Origin: Pyrinomonadaceae bacterium
Lineage (GTDB): Bacteria > Acidobacteriota > Blastocatellia > Pyrinomonadales > Pyrinomonadaceae
DNA: 35,354 nucleotides
Assembly: GCA_041493085.1 (NCBI GenBank)
Contig: JBGPYG010000001.1
Location: forward strand, 1-35,354
Direction: 5' to 3'
In this document: positions 15,728-24,924 of the stretch, piece by piece
Layout of the letters: each line of letters opens with the position of its first letter
How positions within the stretch are numbered: position 1 is the stretch's first letter
Notes under the pieces: model-generated
The model's input: the letters and a program-made list of their open reading frames with translations, nothing else
Told to the model about the DNA's origin: nothing
Databases searched by the model: none
Made by a program: the position numbers and the translations under genes

Positions 15728-16153
15728 TCACACCTTGGCATAGGGTCGCAACGCATCCTGTAGTGACTTGGGAACCGGCACAGCGTGAAGCTGATCACCG
15801 ACCCGCTGCATGCAGGCCACTTGCTGCTCGCCGCGCGCCACTAGGTCTTCCTTTCCCGCGTTGAGTAGCCAATATTCGAAGAGCATAGTGATTCGATTCT
15901 GTTTGAGCGTTCGCAAACGCATACGGATGATAATCTCGTCAAAGGCTGACAGTTCCGCGAGGTACTCGCATGAGACGTAGGTGGTCGCCAGAGCAAACCC
16001 TTCGGCGAGCGCACGCAAAATCTCCGGTGCGTGTTCGCGGAGGAACATCTCGCGACAGCGTCCCTGCCAGCGCACGTGGTTTGTGTAGTAAACGTTCCCG
16101 ACGAGGTTCGTCTCTTCAAATCCCACGACGTGGCGGAACTCATAAGCTCGCAT
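15728..16153 (-). CDS. tebC: Hot-dog fold thioesterase of the enediyne TEBC type (SgcE10/CalE7-like)
   Basis: The sequence YEFRHVVGFEETNLVGNVYYTNHVRWQGRCREMFL matches my recollection of the 4HBT-like enediyne TE family. The gene sits 43 nt downstream of the PKSE stop. The ATG at 16153 has GGAGAG 6 nt upstream, so it is preferred over 16180. Confidence 0.8.
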   Translation of the reverse strand: MRAYEFRHVVGFEETNLVGNVYYTNHVRWQGRCREMFLREHAPEILRALAEGFALATTYVSCEYLAELSAFDEIIIRMRLRTLKQNRITMLFEYWLLNAGKEDLVARGEQQVACMQRVGDQLHAVPVPKSLQDALRPYAKV

Positions 16154-16196
16154 GCTTAGCTCTCCTATCACCCTGGTCATCTATCGCGAAAGATAT

Positions 16197-19100
16197 TTAA
16201 GGCTTCCCGCCAACTCGTGTTGGCCTCACTTGCCAGGGAGACAAACTTGGTGGGTCCCTTCGCGAAAGCACGGCAACGATAAGCCTGTCCTCGCGATTGC
16301 GAAGCTGGACCATGTAAGTGACGATCTTGAAACGGCCTGAGGACAGTAATACCCAGCCGTCAGCGCTTGAGGAAACAAGGACCAGCGGAGCATTCATCAT
16401 TGCGCCGGCCTTCTTTAAGCATTCACTCGTGGCCCAGACTCTGGTCGCCGACGTTTCCGGATTCTCATCTGAACGGAGCGCTATTAACTGGGCCAACTTA
16501 ATTCGCTCATCACCGAGCAAGGCGCGCCAGACGGATGGGGCGCGATCCAGGACCTGTTCGAGATCGCAGCCGACCGGCCCCGGACCCGCAACAGCCAACG
16601 TCAGGTTGGCGTGATGTGCTGCCGAGACGTCCAGTTCACCCGCAACTTCCGGCTTACCGTCTGGTCGCCGGAGGACTGCGCCGTCCTCACCGAGCAACAT
16701 GCTAAGAGCTCGGGTGCTGCGCGCCTGACGCTCTATCTCATCGTCCTGTACCAAAGCGACTGATATTTCTGACCCCGGAATCAGCTCTCGAACACGCCGT
16801 TCAATATGCGGACCCAAAAGCGACTCAATCCATGGACCGTTGATCGGTCTATTACTAACCGCCTTCAACCGTAAGCCGTCCCAACGCTCGTGCACACTCC
16901 CTTCGGCGTCCATCACAGAAACGTCGTAAACAAAAGTATTACCTTCGGCCAACCGCTCCCGAGCATGGACGAAGACCGGTTCAGACGACGAGTGTTGGTT
17001 GATCGTCAGTCGCTCTATGCCACTTGGCAAAAGCGTCGCATGCGGAATACAGGCTTGGATTGCGTGAACAGCAGCATCGCGCGCGCCAGGGTCACCCAGC
17101 ACAAAGCTTCCGGGAAAATACTGGCTAAACCACGAACTCTCTCCGTCTGGAGTTATTTCGGCCACACACTCTGTCGCTTTCAAGAAGCGATAGTTGTTCA
17201 GTCGCCGAAAGCGCCCGCCGTGAAATAATATGCCGCCGTAGAGATCGCCTTCGGGATTGAGGGGCACACGACTTATCGCTCTCGAATTACCGAAAAACGA
17301 ATCTGTCTCGTTTAGCTTCGCGGTCCCAAAAGCGCATAGAGCTTGAAAATGGTTTACTTGAAAAGCTGTCTCTTCGCTTCGTATGGCGACCTCAACGAGA
17401 TTCGGCTCACGCACGAGCGCCGCTAAACGGATCTTCAGTGTCCCGATCTCCGGGACTATCACGGGCTGATTGAAATTTACTCTTTCGAAGCTGGGAGGCT
17501 GCGAAGATCCTGTGAGCGCCATTGCCGCCTGCGCCATCATCTCTAAACCCATAACGGCCGGAAGAAGTCTGTCTCCTTGAAACACATGGTCGTTCAAATA
17601 TGGGTCAGTAGTCGTTGACAGGTCAGCATCAACGATAAGTTCTATGGTCGGATAGAAGACTCTAGTCTGTTCGAGAAACCTAAGAAACGGAAGTTCAGGC
17701 CGTTCGATTTTGAAAGTGGGCAGATCACGAAAGCGGCCCATCACGACCACCGAAACTGAGGGCAAAGAATGGCCCAGCAGGTTACGCAGGACAGCAACGC
17801 CTTCGTTGGGTGGAATCGGCGTGATCCCTTGCTGCATCAGTCTGTCCGTTCGACCCAAACGGGCGCCCATACCTTTCCCTGACCAGATCGACCACTCCAT
17901 AGCCAGACAACGACAGGACGGGTGCGCACTCTTCCACTCTTCTGTGAGGTGCGTCAACCACTCGTTTGCCAGACCGTAATCCGCCTCTCCCGGCAGACCT
18001 GTACGAGCGATGATCGAGCTGAAAGCGATCAACAATCTCAATCTTTCCGGATTCACCGCGGCGAGCAAATTACGCGCGCCCTGGACCTTGACCGCGAGGG
18101 TCCGACGAAAGGTTTCTTCATCGAGATCGTTAAGTAGTTTCGGTACGTTTCTGGCGGCGCCATGCAGGATGCCGGTAATTGGTCCAAGGTCTTTTTCAAC
18201 TCTTTCCACCAATGCGCGAACCTGCGCTGCGTCGGTCACGTCAGCGGAGTAGTATCGGCAATCAACATCGGCCGCAGCCATGCGTTTCAGATTCGACGAG
18301 AGTTCTTCATCTGTCTCAGGCTGCGCCAGACCGATCAGCGCCAGGCGCGCTCCAGTCTCTTTTGCGAGAGCAAGAGCGCACTCGGCCGTAATACCTTTGC
18401 CCCCTCCTGTGACAATAACCACATCGTCAGGCGATAGAGGTAACTCACCCGGCTGATCGAAAATGGGAAGCGGGCGTACGACCGGCTCGTATCGTCGACC
18501 GCGATCATCGTAGTGAGCCTCGACGAATCCATCCGCGGCCAAGGCCTCGGCAACCACCCAATCTGCAGCCCGACTGTGAGATTGCGGAACGTCGACAATG
18601 CAGGTGGTTACCCACGGCGCTTCCAAATGAAGCGTGCGCGCAAATGCCGCTGCGCCCTTGCCATGTTGCACGAGCACAAACCTGGTGCTCTCTTTCTCAT
18701 CCAAAACCAGCCGCGCCGCTTCTAGTAACTGACCCACGATTGTCTCGTCCGGTTCGGCGGGGAGACAGACAACGATCCCATTGCCCGCCCCGCAATCTGT
18801 AAACTTGCGTCCCAGAGATTTCGCAAACGGATCATCGGGAGAGGCTAGAACTTGCCAGCAGCCCGTCTTGTTCGGAGGCGGACGCCTTGGTAACGCTCGT
18901 TCAACTAGTTCAACCCGAAAGGGCCTGACCCACGAGTCGATACCCGCCGGCAATGCGTCGGCTTCACCGCCCTGCGACACAGGACCGATAGCCAACTGCT
19001 CTTCGAACGCTTGGGCCACTTCACAGACTTTGGCATCGGCAAAGTCTGTTGCAGAAACCGGGCGAGGCAAATGCAGATGACGTGCGGCTTCGGCCATGAG

Positions 19101-22043
19101 TTGGCTGACAGTAATTGAGTTCAAATGAAGATCGCTGAGCAAGCGGCTCTCAGGATCGATTGCTGCTACCGGAAGTTCCGCGCGTTTGGCAACAAGTTCC
19201 CTGACGAGGTCGATAGGCGAAGTGCTGGGCGTTGCAAATCTCGCACTCGTCTCTACTGCTTGTTCAGTCTCTCTTCCTGTAGCTTGTTCAGTCTTTTTCT
19301 CTGCGGCGATCGTCTCTACTACCGGCGCAAGCTCGCATGGATTAACGAAAAACTTCGGATGCCAATCGAGATCGAAGGCTCTGGTGAACCTTCCGGCGAA
19401 CAGTGCCTGATGATTGACGGGTTGGCCCAAGACAAAAGCCGACGCGGCTACGCACAGCAAGCCTTTGAGAGAATCGCCACCGGCATCAAGCGAAATGACG
19501 GGTATCTTGGTTATCTCACCCATGATTCCGCCAAGCACTCGCCCCGGCCCAACCTCTAACCAGAGATCTACTGCTTCCGCATTGGCCTGAGTTACAGCTT
19601 CCAGAAAGCGCACCGGCGAAGTTATCTGCAGGGAAAGCAGGTTTGGCAAATTGGTCTCGGGCAAGAGTTGCCGGCCAGTGACCGTAGAGAAAACCGGGCG
19701 ATACAAAGGCTTGAACTGTTCGTACGAAAGATGTGCGGCCAGCGCAGGCGCGGCCGCCGCCACCAGCGAAGAATGAAAGGCATGCGAAACGGAAAGTTTG
19801 ACGACGCTTAGATTCTTTGCGCGCGCACGCCCCAGAACTTCGTTTACAGAATTGGTCTCGCCTGAGATGACCGTTTGCATCGGCGAATTCAGGCCGGCGA
19901 TACAGACACCATCGCCATTCAACAAAGCTAAGACCTCTTGCGCCCCGGCGCCGACGCTGGCCATCGCGCCCGAGGAGACACTCGTTTCCGTCATCACTTT
20001 GCCCCGAACCCTGGCGATGCGCAGAAGTGACTCCTCGTCTAGCGCGCCCGCCCAATGCAAGGCAGTCAACTCTCCCAGGCTGTGGCCCACGGCAGTCTGA
20101 GCTGTCACATTCAGCTCATTCAAGACCCGCAAGGCGGCCATTGAGGCCGTCACGATAGCAGGCTGCGCGGTTAGCGTCGCGGTCTCGTTTTCGTCCTCAT
20201 CAAGTTGCGCCTGTGCATAAATCTCTTGCACCGATTCAAAGCGGCGACGTAAGGCGCCGCCACTCAGATGAGATGGCGAGCCCTGCCCCGGAAAGAGAAA
20301 TCCGATACGCGGCTTAGTCGTCCGGGCACTGAAAAACACGCCGTGCTCTACATCGATCTCGGTACCTTCGGACGCCACGACTGCTCGCAGTTTTGTCAGA
20401 CGGTCAACCAGATCCATCGGCGTTGAAGCGACAACAGCCGCCCGTAGCTGCTGGTTATCGAGAGCACGTTCTAAAGACGCGGCGAGGTCGGAGAGTTCCG
20501 CGAATGAGAGTTTTGCGGCGAAGCTCGATAGATGATCTACTTCGCGCTGCAACTCATCCCTGCTTTGAGCGCCGAATAAAAACAGTTCAGCATCCTGAGC
20601 CGAAGCGATGAGAGCGCGCGCGCTGGAACCAGGTCCAGCGTCAGCCTCAGGCTCATCCGCTTCCAACACAACATGCGCATTGATGCCACCGAAGCCCATG
20701 GCGCTAACACCCGCACGCAACGCCTCATCCGCGGGCCACGGCTCGCCTGTCTTGAGAGCTCTGAGAGCCGGGGATTCACCGCGGAACTCCGCATGTGGCT
20801 GTTCGCATCCGGTTGTCGGAGGAATGACTCTGGCTTGCAGCGCGAGGGCGCTTTTGATAAGTCCGGCGACGCCAGCCGCGGCTTTTGTGTGTCCGATGTT
20901 GGCTTTGATGGAACCTATAGCCGCTGGAAAAGTCTGACCTCGCGCCTCGCGACGCGCGCGTGAAAGAGCTTGCAGCTCCACTGAATCGCCAACCTCCGTG
21001 CCCGTGCCGTGCCCTTCAAAATAGGCGACGGTCTCGATACCGAAACCGGCTCGGGCGTAGGCGCGTCTTAGAGCGAGGAGCTGGCCGTCTATTTCGGGAC
21101 GTGTAATGCCACCGTTGCCGTCAGACGAAATCCCCCAACCTCGGACAACTGCGTAGGTTCGAAGACGCTGCGCCACAGCGTCCTCGTGCCGCATTAGAAC
21201 GACAAAGCCACAGCCTTCTCCGGGCCAGAATCCGTTCGCTCTCGCGTCGTAGACGCGCATTTCATCGGTTGCCAACGCGCCCGCCTTGGCAAAGCCCACG
21301 AGTTCGAATGGATCAAGACTAAGATCGATACCGCCAGCCAGGGCTAGATCCAGATCGCCAACCGTCAACGCCGAGCAGGCGTTGGCCACGGCCAATAATG
21401 ACGAGGCGCAAGCTCCATCGACTACGTAACCGCCACCCTGGAGATCAAAGTGGTTACAGATACGACCGGCGATTGTGTTGGAGAGTCCGCCTGCCAATGA
21501 CTCCTCGCCGATAGGCGGGAACGGCTGTTTATAAGTGACCTCCAGCTCTCGCAAAAAGTGATCACGCTGCTCAACTGTCCAACCTTCGTTCCGCAGAGAG
21601 TCTTCGACGGTGCGGCGCACATAAGGCCAGCGCAACCGCAACGCATTTGCTCTGGAGAATTCCCCTGTCAATGTGTTGCCTAGAAAAACTCCGGTCGTCT
21701 CGCGGGGCAAACTCTCGGCATCGGTGAATCCCGCATCGTCCAGCGCCTGTGCGGCGACGTCCAGGGCCAGCCAGTGCGCCAGATCGGCGGAACGATAGGT
21801 GCTGCCGGCAACGTGGAACCGCACTCGATCAAAATCGTATCCTTCGATGAGAGCGGCGGTTGTAGAGTAGAAGCAATCGGGAGCCTGGCGATCCGCGGAG
21901 AAATAGTCAGCGAGGCGCAGACGCTCGTCTGGCATTCGTCTGAACGCACGTCGCTCGGCCAAAACGTTTTCCCAGAGCTCGTTCGGAGAATTAGCGTCAG
22001 GATAACGACAGGCCATGCCCACAATCGCAATGCTCGGCGTCAT
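16197..22043 (-). CDS. pksE: Iterative type I enediyne-type polyketide synthase (PKSE): KS-AT-ACP-KR-DH-PPTase
   Basis: Approximate domain positions, with protein residues mapped to window coordinates:
- KS: aa 3-462 (20658-22037), with DGACASS (Cys212), EGHGTGT and KANIGHTK.
- AT: aa 578-870 (19434-20312), with GFLFPGQGSP, GHSLGE (Ser655) and SHAFHS.
- ACP: aa 940-1020 (18984-19226), with LHLNSIT (Ser976 at 19116-19118).
- KR: aa 1205-1440 (17724-18431), with VTGGGKGIT.
- DH: aa 1455-1730 (16854-17681), with HVFQGDRLLP (His1486).
- C-terminal Sfp-type PPTase: aa 1740-1928 (16260-16826), with RRPDGKP, GCDLE and WATSECLKK.
The size and domain order are the hallmark of PKSE. Confidence 0.93.
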   Translation of the reverse strand: MTPSIAIVGMACRYPDANSPNELWENVLAERRAFRRMPDERLRLADYFSADRQAPDCFYSTTAALIEGYDFDRVRFHVAGSTYRSADLAHWLALDVAAQALDDAGFTDAESLPRETTGVFLGNTLTGEFSRANALRLRWPYVRRTVEDSLRNEGWTVEQRDHFLRELEVTYKQPFPPIGEESLAGGLSNTIAGRICNHFDLQGGGYVVDGACASSLLAVANACSALTVGDLDLALAGGIDLSLDPFELVGFAKAGALATDEMRVYDARANGFWPGEGCGFVVLMRHEDAVAQRLRTYAVVRGWGISSDGNGGITRPEIDGQLLALRRAYARAGFGIETVAYFEGHGTGTEVGDSVELQALSRARREARGQTFPAAIGSIKANIGHTKAAAGVAGLIKSALALQARVIPPTTGCEQPHAEFRGESPALRALKTGEPWPADEALRAGVSAMGFGGINAHVVLEADEPEADAGPGSSARALIASAQDAELFLFGAQSRDELQREVDHLSSFAAKLSFAELSDLAASLERALDNQQLRAAVVASTPMDLVDRLTKLRAVVASEGTEIDVEHGVFFSARTTKPRIGFLFPGQGSPSHLSGGALRRRFESVQEIYAQAQLDEDENETATLTAQPAIVTASMAALRVLNELNVTAQTAVGHSLGELTALHWAGALDEESLLRIARVRGKVMTETSVSSGAMASVGAGAQEVLALLNGDGVCIAGLNSPMQTVISGETNSVNEVLGRARAKNLSVVKLSVSHAFHSSLVAAAAPALAAHLSYEQFKPLYRPVFSTVTGRQLLPETNLPNLLSLQITSPVRFLEAVTQANAEAVDLWLEVGPGRVLGGIMGEITKIPVISLDAGGDSLKGLLCVAASAFVLGQPVNHQALFAGRFTRAFDLDWHPKFFVNPCELAPVVETIAAEKKTEQATGRETEQAVETSARFATPSTSPIDLVRELVAKRAELPVAAIDPESRLLSDLHLNSITVSQLMAEAARHLHLPRPVSATDFADAKVCEVAQAFEEQLAIGPVSQGGEADALPAGIDSWVRPFRVELVERALPRRPPPNKTGCWQVLASPDDPFAKSLGRKFTDCGAGNGIVVCLPAEPDETIVGQLLEAARLVLDEKESTRFVLVQHGKGAAAFARTLHLEAPWVTTCIVDVPQSHSRAADWVVAEALAADGFVEAHYDDRGRRYEPVVRPLPIFDQPGELPLSPDDVVIVTGGGKGITAECALALAKETGARLALIGLAQPETDEELSSNLKRMAAADVDCRYYSADVTDAAQVRALVERVEKDLGPITGILHGAARNVPKLLNDLDEETFRRTLAVKVQGARNLLAAVNPERLRLLIAFSSIIARTGLPGEADYGLANEWLTHLTEEWKSAHPSCRCLAMEWSIWSGKGMGARLGRTDRLMQQGITPIPPNEGVAVLRNLLGHSLPSVSVVVMGRFRDLPTFKIERPELPFLRFLEQTRVFYPTIELIVDADLSTTTDPYLNDHVFQGDRLLPAVMGLEMMAQAAMALTGSSQPPSFERVNFNQPVIVPEIGTLKIRLAALVREPNLVEVAIRSEETAFQVNHFQALCAFGTAKLNETDSFFGNSRAISRVPLNPEGDLYGGILFHGGRFRRLNNYRFLKATECVAEITPDGESSWFSQYFPGSFVLGDPGARDAAVHAIQACIPHATLLPSGIERLTINQHSSSEPVFVHARERLAEGNTFVYDVSVMDAEGSVHERWDGLRLKAVSNRPINGPWIESLLGPHIERRVRELIPGSEISVALVQDDEIERQARSTRALSMLLGEDGAVLRRPDGKPEVAGELDVSAAHHANLTLAVAGPGPVGCDLEQVLDRAPSVWRALLGDERIKLAQLIALRSDENPETSATRVWATSECLKKAGAMMNAPLVLVSSSADGWVLLSSGRFKIVTYMVQLRNREDRLIVAVLSRRDPPSLSPWQVRPTRVGGKP

Positions 22044-22966
22044 AGTTCTGCTTCCCTCAGCATGGCGGACGCGCTCTCTGGGGCCATCGGCTGCACGTCG
22101 ATCCGGACGCGTGCTCGGTACAAGGACAATGCGTGGAGACCAACACCCCGCAAGGCGCAGACACCGACTAGCGCGAAGAATAGTCCGAATGCGACATGGA
22201 CCATCAGCAGCAAGGCATAAGCGATTGCTACTCCCGCGCCAAACACCATCTGATTGATAGGCTTCGAGGGAGTTGTTCCGGGATCGCTAATCATGTAGAA
22301 CGTGAAAAGCAGGAAAGCTACCCCGGCCATAGGCACCAGCCCGCCCGTCCAGGACGTGCCGAAGACCCAATTTCTAATCAATGCCTGAACGAAGAAACCA
22401 ACAACCCAAGCCACGATGAGCGGCATGCGGCGAGTATAGCGAGCATTGAGAACGGTCCCCGTCAAAATAAAGACACACGGAAGAATCCAGTGACCGACAC
22501 CCGTGACGTTCTCGGTGAATTGGTATGGAGGCGCAATTCCGACCCAGGGGAAGAGCAAGAGCGTAGCGGCAATGCCGGCGTTGGACGGGTTGAAGAAATG
22601 GCGTCTGCGATTTCCCACGGCAACGCGAAATATGGTCTTGGACCCAATGGCAACTGCCGCGGCAAAAACGATCGGAAGGATCTGCTCATTCGCGTAAAGC
22701 AACATGGCGACAGCAAGGCCAGTGATGTGGCTTGGCAGCAGAAAGTCCAAGAGCACTTTCGGACCACCCATGAACCTGGGGCGTCGCCGATTGGCGCGTG
22801 CATCGATTGCTTCGAGCAGAATTTCCAGGCTGTAAGCCGTAGCCAGCGATGCGAGTACTTGAGCTACTGACTGCTCGAAACCAAGGAAAGCATGTCCCGC
22901 AATATTGAGAACTGTTATGGCGATGGCAAAGCGGCGCAGCGCAGCCAGCCGAAGGTCTTTAGTCAC
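22040..22966 (-). CDS. unbU: Polytopic membrane protein, UnbU (enediyne E5)-like by position and topology
   Basis: The 308-aa protein has about 7-8 hydrophobic helices. Its GTG start overlaps the UnbV stop (GTGA), and its stop overlaps the PKSE ATG (ATGA at 22040-22043). The assignment rests on synteny and topology, not on a remembered motif. Confidence 0.7.
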   Translation of the reverse strand: MTKDLRLAALRRFAIAITVLNIAGHAFLGFEQSVAQVLASLATAYSLEILLEAIDARANRRRPRFMGGPKVLLDFLLPSHITGLAVAMLLYANEQILPIVFAAAVAIGSKTIFRVAVGNRRRHFFNPSNAGIAATLLLFPWVGIAPPYQFTENVTGVGHWILPCVFILTGTVLNARYTRRMPLIVAWVVGFFVQALIRNWVFGTSWTGGLVPMAGVAFLLFTFYMISDPGTTPSKPINQMVFGAGVAIAYALLLMVHVAFGLFFALVGVCALRGVGLHALSLYRARVRIDVQPMAPESASAMLREAEL

Positions 22967-24924
22967 TGGGTCGCACCCCCTTTCGATCGCCAGCCGAGCA
23001 CGACTGTATGCCAGCCCGGAGGGAGCGACAGATCTTCACAATTGATCTGTCCATCAGGATCACGCCAGTAGAGTCTGATCCGAATTGGATTGTTAGTCGC
23101 AGCGCCACCCAACCCAAAATGTAATTCGGGACTGCGCTTTCCTGAGTGGCCGTTGCCGCCGTCAACCTGGGACACGAGCAGTCTACCAGCCGCGAGATAG
23201 ACGGTAGCGGTGGCGCCGATGGCCGCGCGGCCTGGCGTGTCCGCTCCCGGATGTCCACCGCGCGTCCAGGTCTTGGCGAAGGTGTCGCGGCGAAGCGGCA
23301 ACAACAGATGAAGTCCCAGAAAAGCTCCGCGAGCGGGACTCTCGTTGTGATAGAAATATGATGGCTGCCACTGATTAGCGAGAACGAAGTCAAGCGCACC
23401 ATCCCCATCTACGTCAGCAACTGCAATACCTCGGCTGACTTGGGGCTCAGCGAGGTCGAGCTCCGTAGCGAGGTCGTAATATCGCCCATCCTTAGCACGA
23501 ACGAAGAACGGGTTGTGCTGGCGGCCACTAAGATCATCTCCCGGTTGAAATCGCGGCCAACTCCGCGGATGATGCAAAAGACGGTCGTTGCCCATTGCCA
23601 ACTCTTGTAGTTCTGGCCAGCGGTTGGTTTGACCATTTAGGAACCCCACGGCCTGCATTGCCTCCATCACGCCATCGTTGTCGAAGTCAGCCAGCTTCGC
23701 ATCCCAAGCCCACCCGCTGCGAGATAGACCAAGTTGTTCGCTGCGATTGACGTAGGGCGCCACACCCCTCTGCATTTCGTCGAGTCTTCCCGTACTCATA
23801 AAAAGGAGGTTGCTTTCCAGCAGTCCGTACTCGGTAGTGATGTTGCTAACGTAGATGTCCGGCAATCCATCTCCGTTTAGGTCCGCAAAGTCCACGCCCA
23901 TTCCTTTGAACGAATCACGACCAAGCGCACTGGAATGTGGCGTCGTGAGTGTCTCCGCCCCTTTTAAGAGATCAAAGTGAAGTTGTCCCGGCGTGGAATG
24001 GTTGTGCAGCAGACGGTCCGGTCCAAAGTCATTAGCAAAGTACAATTCGGGAAGCAGGTCTCGATCCATATCAACTGCTCCGACGGCGAGCGTCCATCCA
24101 TGATTCACGTCGTCAGCCAGAACATTTTCGGCTTCTTTGAACCGCACTGTCGGTTCAGCCCCGCCCGTTGATCCAGCCCATAAGAGCAGATGCTTGCGGC
24201 CGCCATTCAGCGCCCTTGACATCGACTCCTGCATCCCTTCGTCGTCGGTCGAATTCACATCGAGTATTCTCGACCCGTCCGGAAAATAGTTTGCGATCAC
24301 CAAGTCGACGTGACCATCGCCATCCAGGTCGGCGAGTGTGGCGCCATTGGTGTACCAGCGCTCACCGCCGGGAAGAATTTCACGAGGCACGTAGTGATCG
24401 TCCTGGTGGAGAAAGGCAATCGGCGTTCGTCCCCAGTAGTAAACCAGCATGTCGAGCCGGCCATCCTCGTTCAGATCGCCGAGCAAGCAACCCATAGGGG
24501 CCATGATTGTGGAGTCGTAAGGCAGCGGCGCCGGGTCCAACTGGAAAGGTTTGTAGCGCGCACCTGTTCCCGGCACAGGCGTGACGGCCACCATGTCAGT
24601 ACGTGTATCGACATAGCAGACGTCGTCGGCCAGACCGTTTCCATCAAGGTCGCCAAGCGCCGCGGCGGCGCCAACGGAAGAGATCCAACTCGCTATTCGA
24701 TCAAGACTTGGATGGACCTTTCTTATTTGGTGCGGCGCATGTCCCGGCCATTTCGGCGGCAATTCTGGCAGCGGTTGGCGGGAGAAGTGGAAGCGCACGG
24801 CAAGCGCCGCTCGCTCAGCATTAGACAAAACGGGCTGACGGGCTAAACCATACGCAATGCCCAGGAGTGTGATTGCCAGTACGCGCGCTACGTGACGGCG
24901 AAGAAAACTGGACCGCATAGTCAT
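22963..24924 (-). CDS. unbV: FG-GAP/VCBS-repeat protein with C-terminal ASPIC/UnbV domain (enediyne E4 / CRTAC1-like)
   Basis: FG-GAP/VCBS repeats include LGDLNEDGRLDMLVY, ADLDGDGHVDLVIANY, ADLNGDGLPDIYVSN, ADFDNDGVMEA and VADVDGDGALDFVLAN. The C-terminal UnbV_ASPIC-like segment reads GGNGHSGKRSPELHFGLGGA...IRIRLYWRDPDG. An N-terminal signal-anchor is present. I prefer the ATG at 24924 because it forms an ATGA overlap with the upstream stop at 24921. Confidence 0.85.
   Translation of the reverse strand: MTMRSSFLRRHVARVLAITLLGIAYGLARQPVLSNAERAALAVRFHFSRQPLPELPPKWPGHAPHQIRKVHPSLDRIASWISSVGAAAALGDLDGNGLADDVCYVDTRTDMVAVTPVPGTGARYKPFQLDPAPLPYDSTIMAPMGCLLGDLNEDGRLDMLVYYWGRTPIAFLHQDDHYVPREILPGGERWYTNGATLADLDGDGHVDLVIANYFPDGSRILDVNSTDDEGMQESMSRALNGGRKHLLLWAGSTGGAEPTVRFKEAENVLADDVNHGWTLAVGAVDMDRDLLPELYFANDFGPDRLLHNHSTPGQLHFDLLKGAETLTTPHSSALGRDSFKGMGVDFADLNGDGLPDIYVSNITTEYGLLESNLLFMSTGRLDEMQRGVAPYVNRSEQLGLSRSGWAWDAKLADFDNDGVMEAMQAVGFLNGQTNRWPELQELAMGNDRLLHHPRSWPRFQPGDDLSGRQHNPFFVRAKDGRYYDLATELDLAEPQVSRGIAVADVDGDGALDFVLANQWQPSYFYHNESPARGAFLGLHLLLPLRRDTFAKTWTRGGHPGADTPGRAAIGATATVYLAAGRLLVSQVDGGNGHSGKRSPELHFGLGGAATNNPIRIRLYWRDPDGQINCEDLSLPPGWHTVVLGWRSKGGATQ

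Noticed and set aside
19258-19294. 13-nt direct repeat (gcttgttcagtct x2, 24-nt period) as a possible repeat array
   Set aside because: It lies inside the PKSE AT-ACP linker and simply encodes a duplicated TEQA peptide (KTEQATGRETEQAV). There are only two units and it is in-frame, so it is neither a CRISPR nor a regulatory repeat.
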